Source of the DNA: Akkermansia muciniphila
Lineage (GTDB): Bacteria > Verrucomicrobiota > Verrucomicrobiia > Methylacidiphilales > CAMAQI01
Length of the DNA stretch: 64,000 nt
NCBI GenBank assembly: GCA_945883905.1
Contig: CAMCYL010000004.1
Coordinates: 2,190-66,189, forward strand
Direction of reading: 5' to 3'
Position 1 is the first letter of the stretch. Every line of letters begins with the position of its first letter. Below the pieces are notes generated by a model. The model was not told the origin of the DNA. It ran no database searches and worked only from the letters and a program-made list of their open reading frames with translations. The translations under genes were made by a program, and so were the position numbers. This document shows positions 54,653 through 63,376 of this stretch, piece after piece.

Positions 54653-57637
54653 TTAGCGTGACCAAACTTCAAATTCATTAAGCCAAAGCGAAATTCCTTG
54701 GGGTCTTTGGTCAAAAGCAACTTTTATAAAACGATAAAATTTACTTTCTGGATTTAATTTCCATATTTTTTTAATATTATTACTTTCATTAAAAACATAA
54801 TCGCTTTCACTTAACATACTCCACGAAATCCCATCGATTGATCCATAAATTTTAACCTTTGGAAGATATCCACTGTAGTATAATACAAATCGATCGATGT
54901 TTTTATATTCATTTAAATTGACTATTAAATCAATATTTTCTTGTTGCGACCAGCGAACTGAGGATTCGTAGATGTTTCCTTCGTCAATACCTTTTACCGT
55001 CGAGATGTTCATCCGAGCAAGTCGATTTGTTAGCTTTCCTGTATTAAAAGTTTGAAAGCGCTCGCCTTTTGTGTCGGCGATTGAAACGCTGTCATTTTTT
55101 GGAAAAGAATTAAAATAATAACTCCCTTCATTAATTTTTTGGTTTCCAACAGATGAAGGTGTTTCATTGCTCCACTCCACATGATTTCCTGTAAGACAAT
55201 TTCCATTTACTAAATCTCTCGACCAAACTTCCATCTCAGCAAGAACCATTTTTTTGTTGGTGGGTCTTGATGAAAAAGAAATTTTAATAAAACGTTTTTC
55301 AGTTTTTAGTCCGGATAGATTTAAGATGATCTGCTCAGAATTATTTCCTAATTCCTTAGCTACCGTGCTTGTTGCGCATTCAAACTTATTGCCGTCAGAC
55401 GAAGCGTAGACTTTCATTTCTGGTAAATATCCAGAGCAGAATAGTTCAACGCGATCTAATAATTCTTGTCCATTCAAATTGATCCACAAATCAAATGCCT
55501 TAGCATCATCAAATCTCACTACATAGGGGTCAATGTTAATTAACTGCAAGTTTTCTTGTTTGGTATCTATTCCTGTTTTAGTAGAGTTCATTCGATTTGT
55601 TAGCTTTCCCTTTGAAAAGCTCTGCCACCGTTCTCCCCCTGTATCATTGACCGTTGCAAATGAATTATCTGCATTTTGATACCAATAAGAGGCCCCACTA
55701 TTTACCTTATTGTTCAATGGAATAGGTCTATTAAGAATCCACTCTACATAATTATTCGTTAAGCACATTCCTTCTTTATTTTCTTTTTTAGAAATAAAAG
55801 AGTCTGGAAATTGAAATCTCCATATTTTTTCATCGACACGGCCACCTATCGAGCTGTGTATGGCACGCATGAGACGTTTCCAAGCACCATCGCCAACAGT
55901 TCTAGCATCGTCACAAGGATTATAAGCGAACCAAAAGGCTCTTCCTCCGTTAGGATAGTACTTACATGTTACCGCAGGAGAGTTATCACCATAAAAAGTC
56001 GCCCAAGAAGTTAAGCCTTGGTCAAAAGCTCCTGTGTAACGAGTTTCACCATAAACGGTTGCCCAATAGTTGGATATTTCAATATATTGAGTAGGGGCAG
56101 TTTTAGTCACATCAACTCCAAATAGTGATTTTCTACGACCGGAAATATTAGTTCCGAGTGGATTTTGATTAAAAACCAAAGGATCTAACGCCACCAGTGT
56201 CCCCCCTTGTTTCACATAATTTTCTAATTTATCAATCACACTAGCTCTTTGAATTTTAGACGCGGGAAGATAAATAATTTTAAACTGCGATAAATTTAAT
56301 CCAGCGAGAACCTGTTCGTCATTAATAAACTTGAAAGCGGCTCTCACTTTATCGCTACTTAAAAAATTATATAAAAACTCAATATTATCTTTTCTTTCAA
56401 CAGCATACTCAGTTGTATAAACGTTTGCTGTAGTCGATGCATATGTATCTGTCGAATAGAGAATCGCTGTATCGGGTACGGGCTGTTTTATTTTAGGTAA
56501 TGTTTCTGCGACTTGGCTTATTTTTTTTATTAAATTCCATCTGGTTTTATCTGCAAATCGATCTTCATAAACAAAATACTCCTTACTAAACTGCCCCAAT
56601 CCATCCATAGGACAAAACTTTAATCCTGTTGCTCCATTTCTAAAAATATCACTAAAAATTTCCAAAGACTCTTCTCCATCGAATGAGTTAATATAGGCCT
56701 CGATATGGGGACACGGCCATATTTCTTCAACTCCGCTTAGATCAGCAAGCAGCTTTGTTTGAAATCCAAACATACGACGATGATAGTCACCAGAATCGAG
56801 TAGCTGTTGGGTGGCAATATCCATGACCCCTTTCCATCGACTATAGTCAAACGGTTGATGTAGTGCTGTTCCATTCCATGAAACAATTTTTATATTTGAA
56901 TCAACCCCTTTAACGATTCCTCTAACCTCTTCTGCAAATAATTGAAGTTTATTATAAAGCCATTTTCGATACGCCCACCAACGCTGTGGCGTCTTATCTT
57001 GGAAGCTTAAGGGAATACCATAAACGCCTCCTCCAAACTGATCTTTAACTTCTTGATTCGCTTTATCAATAAATGGATAGGTGCCTTTTCCACCATGTTT
57101 CATAAATATTTCGATCCCACCATATTCATCCCACTCCATACGTTCATCGCCTAAATTAATTCCAAATACTAAATCTCGATCATTAAATAATACTTTATTA
57201 AGTTCTGTTTTGTAAGTAGCTTGAACCGCAGGATCTACTAGCATTGGTAAATCAAATGATCGAGGTATCGTTGAGGGAGCAGTTGATGCTGTAATTAAAA
57301 CACAAGCTTTTACTCCGTTTTTTCGAATATTTTCCGGATAATTATAACGTGTGTCATAGAGCTCATTAAATCCAATATAAATAATATGTTTATCGTTTTT
57401 TAATTCACGAAAAACATCTTCGTATTTATAACGCATCCCCATCTGAAGCGAAAAGGGTTGCAACCAAGGATAAGCTCTTGTTTGATTAAACATAATTGCT
57501 CCGTTTTGAGCGAGCGGATTTCTTTGCTCTCCTAGAAGCTCATTATAAAGAGGATCTGTTAACTTTTGAACTCGATTTGAAGATAGACTAAAATCAAAAA
57601 GAAATATTAATGTTAATAGTATGTATATTTTTTTCAT
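54653..57637 (-). CDS. Giant secreted glycosidase-like protein with two tandem discoidin-like C-terminal modules (paralog II)
   Basis: The ATG at 57637 gives the signal peptide MKKIYILLTLIFLFDFSLSS; the track start at 57676 is less likely. It shares the motif series with 44378-47674. The C-terminal module is duplicated (CLTNNYVEW..KGKLTNR..EMEVWSR, then CLTGNHVEW..TGKLTNR..EFEVWSR). Confidence 0.6.
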   Translation of the reverse strand: MKKIYILLTLIFLFDFSLSSNRVQKLTDPLYNELLGEQRNPLAQNGAIMFNQTRAYPWLQPFSLQMGMRYKYEDVFRELKNDKHIIYIGFNELYDTRYNYPENIRKNGVKACVLITASTAPSTIPRSFDLPMLVDPAVQATYKTELNKVLFNDRDLVFGINLGDERMEWDEYGGIEIFMKHGGKGTYPFIDKANQEVKDQFGGGVYGIPLSFQDKTPQRWWAYRKWLYNKLQLFAEEVRGIVKGVDSNIKIVSWNGTALHQPFDYSRWKGVMDIATQQLLDSGDYHRRMFGFQTKLLADLSGVEEIWPCPHIEAYINSFDGEESLEIFSDIFRNGATGLKFCPMDGLGQFSKEYFVYEDRFADKTRWNLIKKISQVAETLPKIKQPVPDTAILYSTDTYASTTANVYTTEYAVERKDNIEFLYNFLSSDKVRAAFKFINDEQVLAGLNLSQFKIIYLPASKIQRASVIDKLENYVKQGGTLVALDPLVFNQNPLGTNISGRRKSLFGVDVTKTAPTQYIEISNYWATVYGETRYTGAFDQGLTSWATFYGDNSPAVTCKYYPNGGRAFWFAYNPCDDARTVGDGAWKRLMRAIHSSIGGRVDEKIWRFQFPDSFISKKENKEGMCLTNNYVEWILNRPIPLNNKVNSGASYWYQNADNSFATVNDTGGERWQSFSKGKLTNRMNSTKTGIDTKQENLQLINIDPYVVRFDDAKAFDLWINLNGQELLDRVELFCSGYLPEMKVYASSDGNKFECATSTVAKELGNNSEQIILNLSGLKTEKRFIKISFSSRPTNKKMVLAEMEVWSRDLVNGNCLTGNHVEWSNETPSSVGNQKINEGSYYFNSFPKNDSVSIADTKGERFQTFNTGKLTNRLARMNISTVKGIDEGNIYESSVRWSQQENIDLIVNLNEYKNIDRFVLYYSGYLPKVKIYGSIDGISWSMLSESDYVFNESNNIKKIWKLNPESKFYRFIKVAFDQRPQGISLWLNEFEVWSR

Positions 57638-57724
57638 AGTTATTCTCATTATAATGTTCTTAAAATATTTTTGCAAATATCAAACATGTTAATAATTGCA
57701 ATAACAACTTATATAAGACAATTA

Positions 57725-57740
57725 TGTATTATATAATACA
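57725..57740. promoter_or_regulatory. Perfect 16-bp palindrome TGTATTATATAATACA upstream of the paralog II gene
   Basis: It equals its own reverse complement and lies about 90 nt upstream of the ATG at 57637. The half-site tgtattata recurs at 40700-40708 in the ROK/oxidoreductase divergent region. Confidence 0.3.
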
Positions 57741-58282
57741 TTTATCATGTTACTTTTTGAAGAGTAGCGCATGAACGCCTAAATTGAACTAGATGTAATG
57801 TTTAGCTTTTATGTAATTATCAGGTATTTTTTTAAAAAAATTAAAAAGAGGTTAAGTCTCCGCCTGACTCTTGGAAGATTATGGAGGGAGGGCGATGAAT
57901 TTCGTTGATGTGGATGGAATGAAAAACAGGGATTAGATCTATTTTTTGTTGATGAAGAGTGGAGATAATGAAGAGGTTAGGTTAGTTTCAAAATTTTGAG
58001 TACTTTCCAAAGAGCGATGTTGAAGGATATTTTTCAGTGGAAGACAGGCTGTCTCAAGGATTGTTTAGCGTGGTTGTTGGTGGGAGGAATTCGGTTGATT
58101 TCATGGAAGACAAAAAGTTGGAGGTAATCTTTTTTGGGATCGGAAAATATTTGTCTCAAAGTTTCAATATCCTGCAAAGAGGGCGCAAAAGGGAATCGAC
58201 TTTTCTAAAATAAAAGATCCTAGGCATACGAAAGTAAGCTTGTAAGAAAAATGGATTTTTATTTACATCTCTATCAATTCAT

Positions 58283-58317
58283 AAAAAAAGGAGCTTATTG
58301 CTAAGCTCCTTTTTTTG
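58283..58317 (-). terminator. Rho-independent (bidirectional) terminator after the PEP-CTERM gene
   Basis: aaaaaaaGGAGCTTattgctAAGCTCCttttttt has an 8-bp GC-containing stem (58289-58296 / 58303-58310) flanked by an A-run and a T-run. It sits 17 nt beyond the stop at 58334. Confidence 0.75.
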
Positions 58318-58333
58318 GATTTAATATATAAGT

Positions 58334-59104
58334 TTATGAGGCTCGTCGTTTGAGAACAAAATGACTAACAAAAAAGAGGGTTAAGAGAGAGAGCATCATA
58401 TAAGTTGAAGGCTCAGGAACTGCGGTGATATCGCGCAACTGAAATGCATTTACTGTTGGCAATGCATAAGGTCCATCGGCTGAAAATGTAAAGACCTGTC
58501 CTCCTTGATCTGCTGTAAAAGTACCGATGAGTGAGTTTGCGATACCAGTTTCGCTGTTTAAGTTAAAAGAAGGGGCGCTTGATCCTGAAGATACCGTCAA
58601 AGTAGTGCCATATCCTCCAGTTGTAATTCCTGTGCGACCATCTAAAACCAATGCTTGAAAAGCATATACGTTTCCTACTGTGAGGCCAGAGAGATTGAGG
58701 GTGAAAGATACGGGGGTGTTGGCTGCAGAGCCTGTATATAGATTTGCCCCGTCTCTTAAAAGATTACTGAGATTTGTTGAGTAACCTTGTCCGTTTGTGG
58801 GAAGAAAAATATCATCCCGTCCAGCCACTTGTCCGAGGCTCCAACCAGTTCCAGAGTAGGTAAGGCTTGAGGCTGTCCCAGAGTTTTGAAAAGAGACCCC
58901 ATTGACTGTTTCTACCGTGGTATCTGAGTCTGAAAAACCGATTGCCGTTACAAGTGTGCCTGAATTAATAACAGATGAGTCACCAGTGACATTTGTGTTA
59001 CCTGCAGTGACGCCGTTGGTTGTTCCGGACCACACGACGGTGGCCGCTTGGAGGTTAAAGGCTCCAAAAAGGATTACAGTTAAGGGTAGTAAGAGTTTTT
59101 TCAT
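58334..59104 (-). CDS. PEP-CTERM sorting-domain protein
   Basis: The C-terminus ..ITAVPEPSTYMMLSLLTLFFVSHFVLKRRAS is PEP motif plus TM helix plus basic tail. Signal peptide MKKLLLPLTVILFGAFNLQAA from the ATG at 59104. The mature part is T/S/G/N-rich. Confidence 0.85.
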   Translation of the reverse strand: MKKLLLPLTVILFGAFNLQAATVVWSGTTNGVTAGNTNVTGDSSVINSGTLVTAIGFSDSDTTVETVNGVSFQNSGTASSLTYSGTGWSLGQVAGRDDIFLPTNGQGYSTNLSNLLRDGANLYTGSAANTPVSFTLNLSGLTVGNVYAFQALVLDGRTGITTGGYGTTLTVSSGSSAPSFNLNSETGIANSLIGTFTADQGGQVFTFSADGPYALPTVNAFQLRDITAVPEPSTYMMLSLLTLFFVSHFVLKRRAS

Positions 59105-59232
59105 ATAATTAATTAATATCATTCTTACAAAATTTGTAAAAATAAAGATCGATCAAAAATACAAAAAAGAGAAAATTATAAAACAATAATGAATTACAAA
59201 ATTATTTTTTTCTGCTGTGCGATCTCTAAAAT

Positions 59233-60039
59233 CTAAAGTTTTGAGGATCGAGAGAGATTCGCTTCTTCAATCGCCTTACGGATGGCAGGTGTCATTTCAC
59301 GAATCATCTCTTCGTCAAGAATTTTGCCAGTTTCTGCGGAGGCTGGGAACGGATCTCCCATGACTCCAACTTTCACTTCAGGGCTTTGAATTGTTGTTGG
59401 GATTTCTTCGCGAAAAGAAGAAAGCTTTGTTTTTACTTGAAATGCATCCGGATCTGTTTTCATTTTACTAAACATCGGCTCTTCATCGATGATCATTTTG
59501 GAGCGAACAACCTCGGGAGACCAATACATGAGAAGCGAGGTTTCAGCATCTGCGGCATGGTAGTCTTGAGCATTAAACATTTTAACCCAAGTAGGAGAGT
59601 ATTCCCACATTAGGGGAGTGAGAATTAGAGAGTCGTGATATCGAGGGTTCATCCATTTAAAAATTCGGAGAGTTTCATTAATATGAGTCATGACTTCACT
59701 CCCTCCATGGCCTGCTAGAATAATAAAATTACGAAATCCTTGAAGATGAAGAGATTCGATAATATCGCAAACGAGGCTTGAAAACGTCGTGGGCTTGATA
59801 TTCACAGTACCTGCAAGCATTCCTCCAGAAAAACAATAAGGAATTGTAGGAGCAACGAGAATGTCTAAGGCCTTAGCAAGTTTGAGCCCTATGACGTCTG
59901 CGTTACGAATATCGGTGTCTAAGGGAAGATGAAAGCCGTGTTGTTCGACCACTCCGTAAGGAATAATAATTGATTGATTCGTTTGCAGATACTTTTGAAG
60001 TTCGTTGACGGTCAGAAGACCCAGTTGATGAATTTTCAT
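59233..60039 (-). CDS. Creatininase-family amidohydrolase
   Basis: ..IIIPYGVVEQHGFHLPLDTDI.. and ..ILAGHGGS.. are creatinine amidohydrolase family metal-binding motifs. Confidence 0.75.
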   Translation of the reverse strand: MKIHQLGLLTVNELQKYLQTNQSIIIPYGVVEQHGFHLPLDTDIRNADVIGLKLAKALDILVAPTIPYCFSGGMLAGTVNIKPTTFSSLVCDIIESLHLQGFRNFIILAGHGGSEVMTHINETLRIFKWMNPRYHDSLILTPLMWEYSPTWVKMFNAQDYHAADAETSLLMYWSPEVVRSKMIIDEEPMFSKMKTDPDAFQVKTKLSSFREEIPTTIQSPEVKVGVMGDPFPASAETGKILDEEMIREMTPAIRKAIEEANLSRSSKL

Positions 60040-60197
60040 TGGAAATTAATTTTGAGAATGAGCCTGTGTGCGTCAACCTAAAAATTCTGTAAAAGTGACC
60101 TTTTTGACGTTAATAGATCAGTTTTGAATTAAATTGACAAAATGATCATATCGATTAGATTCAATCATAAATAATCATTAACCCCAAGGAGTCATTT

Positions 60198-61040
60198 ATG
60201 AAAGAGTATCGTTTGAAGCGTTTGTTTAATTCTAAATCAAATCGCTGTTTTGATGTTGCGATTGATCACGGATTTTTTAATGAGAGCAGTTTTTTAATGG
60301 GGATTGAGGATATACGGAATGCGATTCAAAAATTAGTGGAGGCTTCACCGGATGCTATTCAGTTGACGATTGGACAGGCTCCTCATTTGCAAAAAATTTC
60401 TGGACGTGCAAAGCCATCACTTGTTTTAAGAACGGATGTCGCCAATGTTTATGGGAAGGAACTTCCGAGAACGTTGTTTAGTCGAATGATTGAAAATCCG
60501 GTGGAACAGGCACTGCAATTGGATGCGACCTGTGTCGTCGTTAATCTTTTTCAAATTCCGGGGGAACCGGAAGTGACCGATCAATGTATCCAAAATATTT
60601 TACGGATTAAACCGATGTGTGATCGATATGGAATGCCGCTGATGATTGAGCCGTTGGTGTTTCAATCGAATAAAATAGCGGGGGGATATATGGTTGATGG
60701 AGATCTACAGAAAATTGTTCCGCTCGTTCGCCAAGCGGCAGAATTAGGGGCCGATATTATTAAAGCAGATCCGACGGATGACATTAGTGTTTATCATAAG
60801 GTGATTCAAATCGCGGGGAATATCCCCGTTCTTGTGCGTGGTGGGGGAAAGGTTTCGGATGCTGAAATTTTAAAGAAGACTGAAGAGTTGATTAAACAAG
60901 GGGCGGCAGGGATTGTTTATGGACGAAACATTATTCAACACTCGAATCCTCCTAAAATGACGAAAGCATTGATGTCGATCGTGCACGATGGAGTGACGGC
61001 AGAACAAGCGGTTAAATCTTTTGCAAAGGATTCACAATGA
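60198..61040 (+). CDS. Class I aldolase of the DhnA/FbaB/LsrF family
   Basis: ..FDVAIDHGFFN.., ..ADIIKADPT.. (Schiff-base Lys region), ..VLVRGGGK.., ..GAAGIVYGRNIIQH. Confidence 0.75.
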   Translation: MKEYRLKRLFNSKSNRCFDVAIDHGFFNESSFLMGIEDIRNAIQKLVEASPDAIQLTIGQAPHLQKISGRAKPSLVLRTDVANVYGKELPRTLFSRMIENPVEQALQLDATCVVVNLFQIPGEPEVTDQCIQNILRIKPMCDRYGMPLMIEPLVFQSNKIAGGYMVDGDLQKIVPLVRQAAELGADIIKADPTDDISVYHKVIQIAGNIPVLVRGGGKVSDAEILKKTEELIKQGAAGIVYGRNIIQHSNPPKMTKALMSIVHDGVTAEQAVKSFAKDSQ

Positions 61041-62161
61041 GTACGCCTGTCAGAATTGGGATTATCGGTGGCGGGCTCATGGGGCGCGAAGTGGCGAGTG
61101 CTTTAGGGCGTTGGTTTGTTCTCAATGACTTTCCAGTCAAAGCGGAATTGGTAGCGGTTTGTGATCTTGTTGAAAAGCAACGGGAATGGTTTCGTCAAAT
61201 TCCGACAGTCAAATTATTAACGGCCGATTATCATGAACTTTTAAGATCCTCGGAAGTCGATGTTGTTTATGTGGCGGTTCCTCATAATCTTCATGAAGCG
61301 ATTTATTTGGATGTTTTGAAAGCAGGCAAAGATCTTCTGGCGGAGAAGCCTTTTGGAATTGATCTTAAAGCGGCACGGTCGATTGAAAAGGCGGCGAAGG
61401 AGTCTGGTCGATTTGTTCGATGTAGTTCAGAGTTCCCTTTTTTACCGGGGGCACAGCGGGCATTTCAAAAGATCAAAGAGGGGAAGCTTGGGAAGATTAT
61501 CGAGATTCGATCCGCCTTTCATCATAGTAGCGATTTAGATCCGAATAAAACGGTGAATTGGAAGCGTCAGGTAAAAACGTGTGGGGAAATTGGGGTCATG
61601 GGAGATCTTGGAATGCATGCCGTTCATCTGCCTTTCCGTCTTGGATGGAATCCGACCCAAGTCTATGCACAGTTGCAAAAAATTTATTTCGAACGGCCGG
61701 ATGGAAAAGGGGGAATGGCGGCATGTGATACGTGGGATAATGCTCTTTTACACTCCGAAATTAAAATCGAGGGAGTCGATGCCTTGATTCGTTTTGAAAT
61801 GAAGCGCTTGGCTCCTGGTGAGACGAATACCTGGTTCATTGAGGTTTATGGAACGGAGGGGGGAGTTAAATTTAGTACAAAAGAACCGAAAACCTTATGG
61901 ACCTTCCAACGGGGGAAAGAGCAAGTTTGGCAAAAAGTAGATCTTGGATTTCATGGTCCATTCGCTACGATTACGGGAGATATCTTTGAGCCTGGTTTTC
62001 CGGACTGTTTTATGCAAATGTGGGCTGCCTATTTAGCAGAGCGAGCCGGAAAATTAGAGGGGCGATTTGGCTGTGTGACTCCCGCGGAAGCGGTGAGAAG
62101 TCATGAGCTCTTTGAGGCCGCTCTTCGCTCTCATCAGGAAAAACGTGCGATTGATTTATGA
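61037..62161 (+). CDS. Gfo/Idh/MocA-family oxidoreductase
   Basis: VRIGIIGGGLMGREVASAL.., ..LLAEKPFGID... ATGA overlap with the aldolase gene. Confidence 0.85.
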   Translation: MSTPVRIGIIGGGLMGREVASALGRWFVLNDFPVKAELVAVCDLVEKQREWFRQIPTVKLLTADYHELLRSSEVDVVYVAVPHNLHEAIYLDVLKAGKDLLAEKPFGIDLKAARSIEKAAKESGRFVRCSSEFPFLPGAQRAFQKIKEGKLGKIIEIRSAFHHSSDLDPNKTVNWKRQVKTCGEIGVMGDLGMHAVHLPFRLGWNPTQVYAQLQKIYFERPDGKGGMAACDTWDNALLHSEIKIEGVDALIRFEMKRLAPGETNTWFIEVYGTEGGVKFSTKEPKTLWTFQRGKEQVWQKVDLGFHGPFATITGDIFEPGFPDCFMQMWAAYLAERAGKLEGRFGCVTPAEAVRSHELFEAALRSHQEKRAIDL

Positions 62162-62282
62162 AACGGAGTGAAATTAATCAATTAATTTTATCAGCAAGTA
62201 AATGCTTTGAGATCAATGGCTGGGCCTTTCCTCCAAATCCGCAATGGGATGTCACCACTTTCGGATTAGGAGAGAGGCTTTC

Positions 62283-63302
62283 ATGAGTGTACGTTCAGGG
62301 ATTCTCTCTGGCGGAAATTGGATCGTTGATAAGATTAAATTTATCGATACCTATCCGCAACAGGATGCGTTGGCGAATATTAGCACTGAAACGATCGGGA
62401 ATGGGGGAAGTCCTTTTAATGTGCTGATGGATCTTGCAAAACTTCAAGCGCCCTTTCCGCTTTCGGGGGTTGGACTTATTGGCGCGGATGCGGAGGGGGA
62501 GTGGATTCGGAAACAATGCCAATCACATCAAATTGATTCGTCGCAAATTCAAGTGCATCCAACAGCTCCTACCTCCTATACGGATGTCATGACCGTTCGT
62601 ACGGGTGGACGACGGACCTTTTTTCATCAACGTGGTGCAAATGCCTATTTGGATCTTGAAAATTTTAATTTTTCGAATAATCACTCAAAAATTTTTCATT
62701 TAGGATATCTTCTTTTATTAGATCGTCTGGATCTCCCGGATGAAAATTATGGAACCGTTGCCGCTCATCTTTTAAGGAAGGCCCTTGAGGCAGGGTTTCA
62801 AACGAGTATTGATGTCGTGAGTGAAGATAGCGAACGATTTTCTAAGATTATTACGCCTACGCTTCCGTATGTGGACTACTGTATTTTAAATGAATTTGAA
62901 CTCGGACGGACAGCGGGAGTTGAGGTGCGTCATCAAAATAAACTGGATATCGAAGCCCTCAAAAAAGCAGCGGCATTGATTTTAACAAAAGGAATTCGAA
63001 AGTGGCTTGTGGTGCATTTTCCAGAAGGAGCCTGTGCGTTTGGGAAGAAAGGGGAATATATTTTTCAAAGCCGGGTTAAGGTTCCTCCCGCTGATATTGT
63101 CAGTAGTGTTGGAGCGGGGGATGCTTTTGCCTCTGGATTTCTCTATGCGATGCACGAAGAGATCGCCATTGATCAAGCGCTCCGTTATGCGGTCTGTGCC
63201 GCCGCTTCCTCTTTGTACGGAGCAGGGGCCTCTGATGCGGTGTTGCCTCTAGCGGAAGTATTAGATTTAGGTAAAAAATTCGGATTTTTAGAGTTTCAGT
63301 GA
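62283..63302 (+). CDS. PfkB-family carbohydrate kinase
   Basis: ..GNGGSPFNVLMDLAKL.. and the C-terminal ..VVSSVGAGDAFASGFLYA.. (PfkB signature 2). The ATG at 62283 is preceded by aggagag. Confidence 0.85.
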   Translation: MSVRSGILSGGNWIVDKIKFIDTYPQQDALANISTETIGNGGSPFNVLMDLAKLQAPFPLSGVGLIGADAEGEWIRKQCQSHQIDSSQIQVHPTAPTSYTDVMTVRTGGRRTFFHQRGANAYLDLENFNFSNNHSKIFHLGYLLLLDRLDLPDENYGTVAAHLLRKALEAGFQTSIDVVSEDSERFSKIITPTLPYVDYCILNEFELGRTAGVEVRHQNKLDIEALKKAAALILTKGIRKWLVVHFPEGACAFGKKGEYIFQSRVKVPPADIVSSVGAGDAFASGFLYAMHEEIAIDQALRYAVCAAASSLYGAGASDAVLPLAEVLDLGKKFGFLEFQ

Positions 63303-63376
63303 AATAAATATTTGGTTTCTTCCCGTTCTCAGTGGGGTGAATTCGAAGAGCGGGCTTGAAATTCTAAAGAGGGTTA

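Noticed and set aside
44378-57676. A complete type II secretion or type IV pilus locus
   Set aside because: No ORF in the window resembles GspD/PilQ secretin, GspE/PilB ATPase, GspF/PilC platform, the GspG/PilA major subunit or the prepilin peptidase. Only minor-pseudopilin-like genes are present, so the cassette is described as orphan.
57960-58210. Start-less open frame on the minus strand (..FPFAPSLQDIETLRQIFSDPKKDYLQLFVFHEINRIPPTNNHAKQSLRQPVFH) in the 650-bp gap, possibly a gene remnant such as a transposase fragment
   Set aside because: It has no start codon and no recognisable family, and it is short. It could be a pseudogene remnant, but I cannot support a call without a database search.
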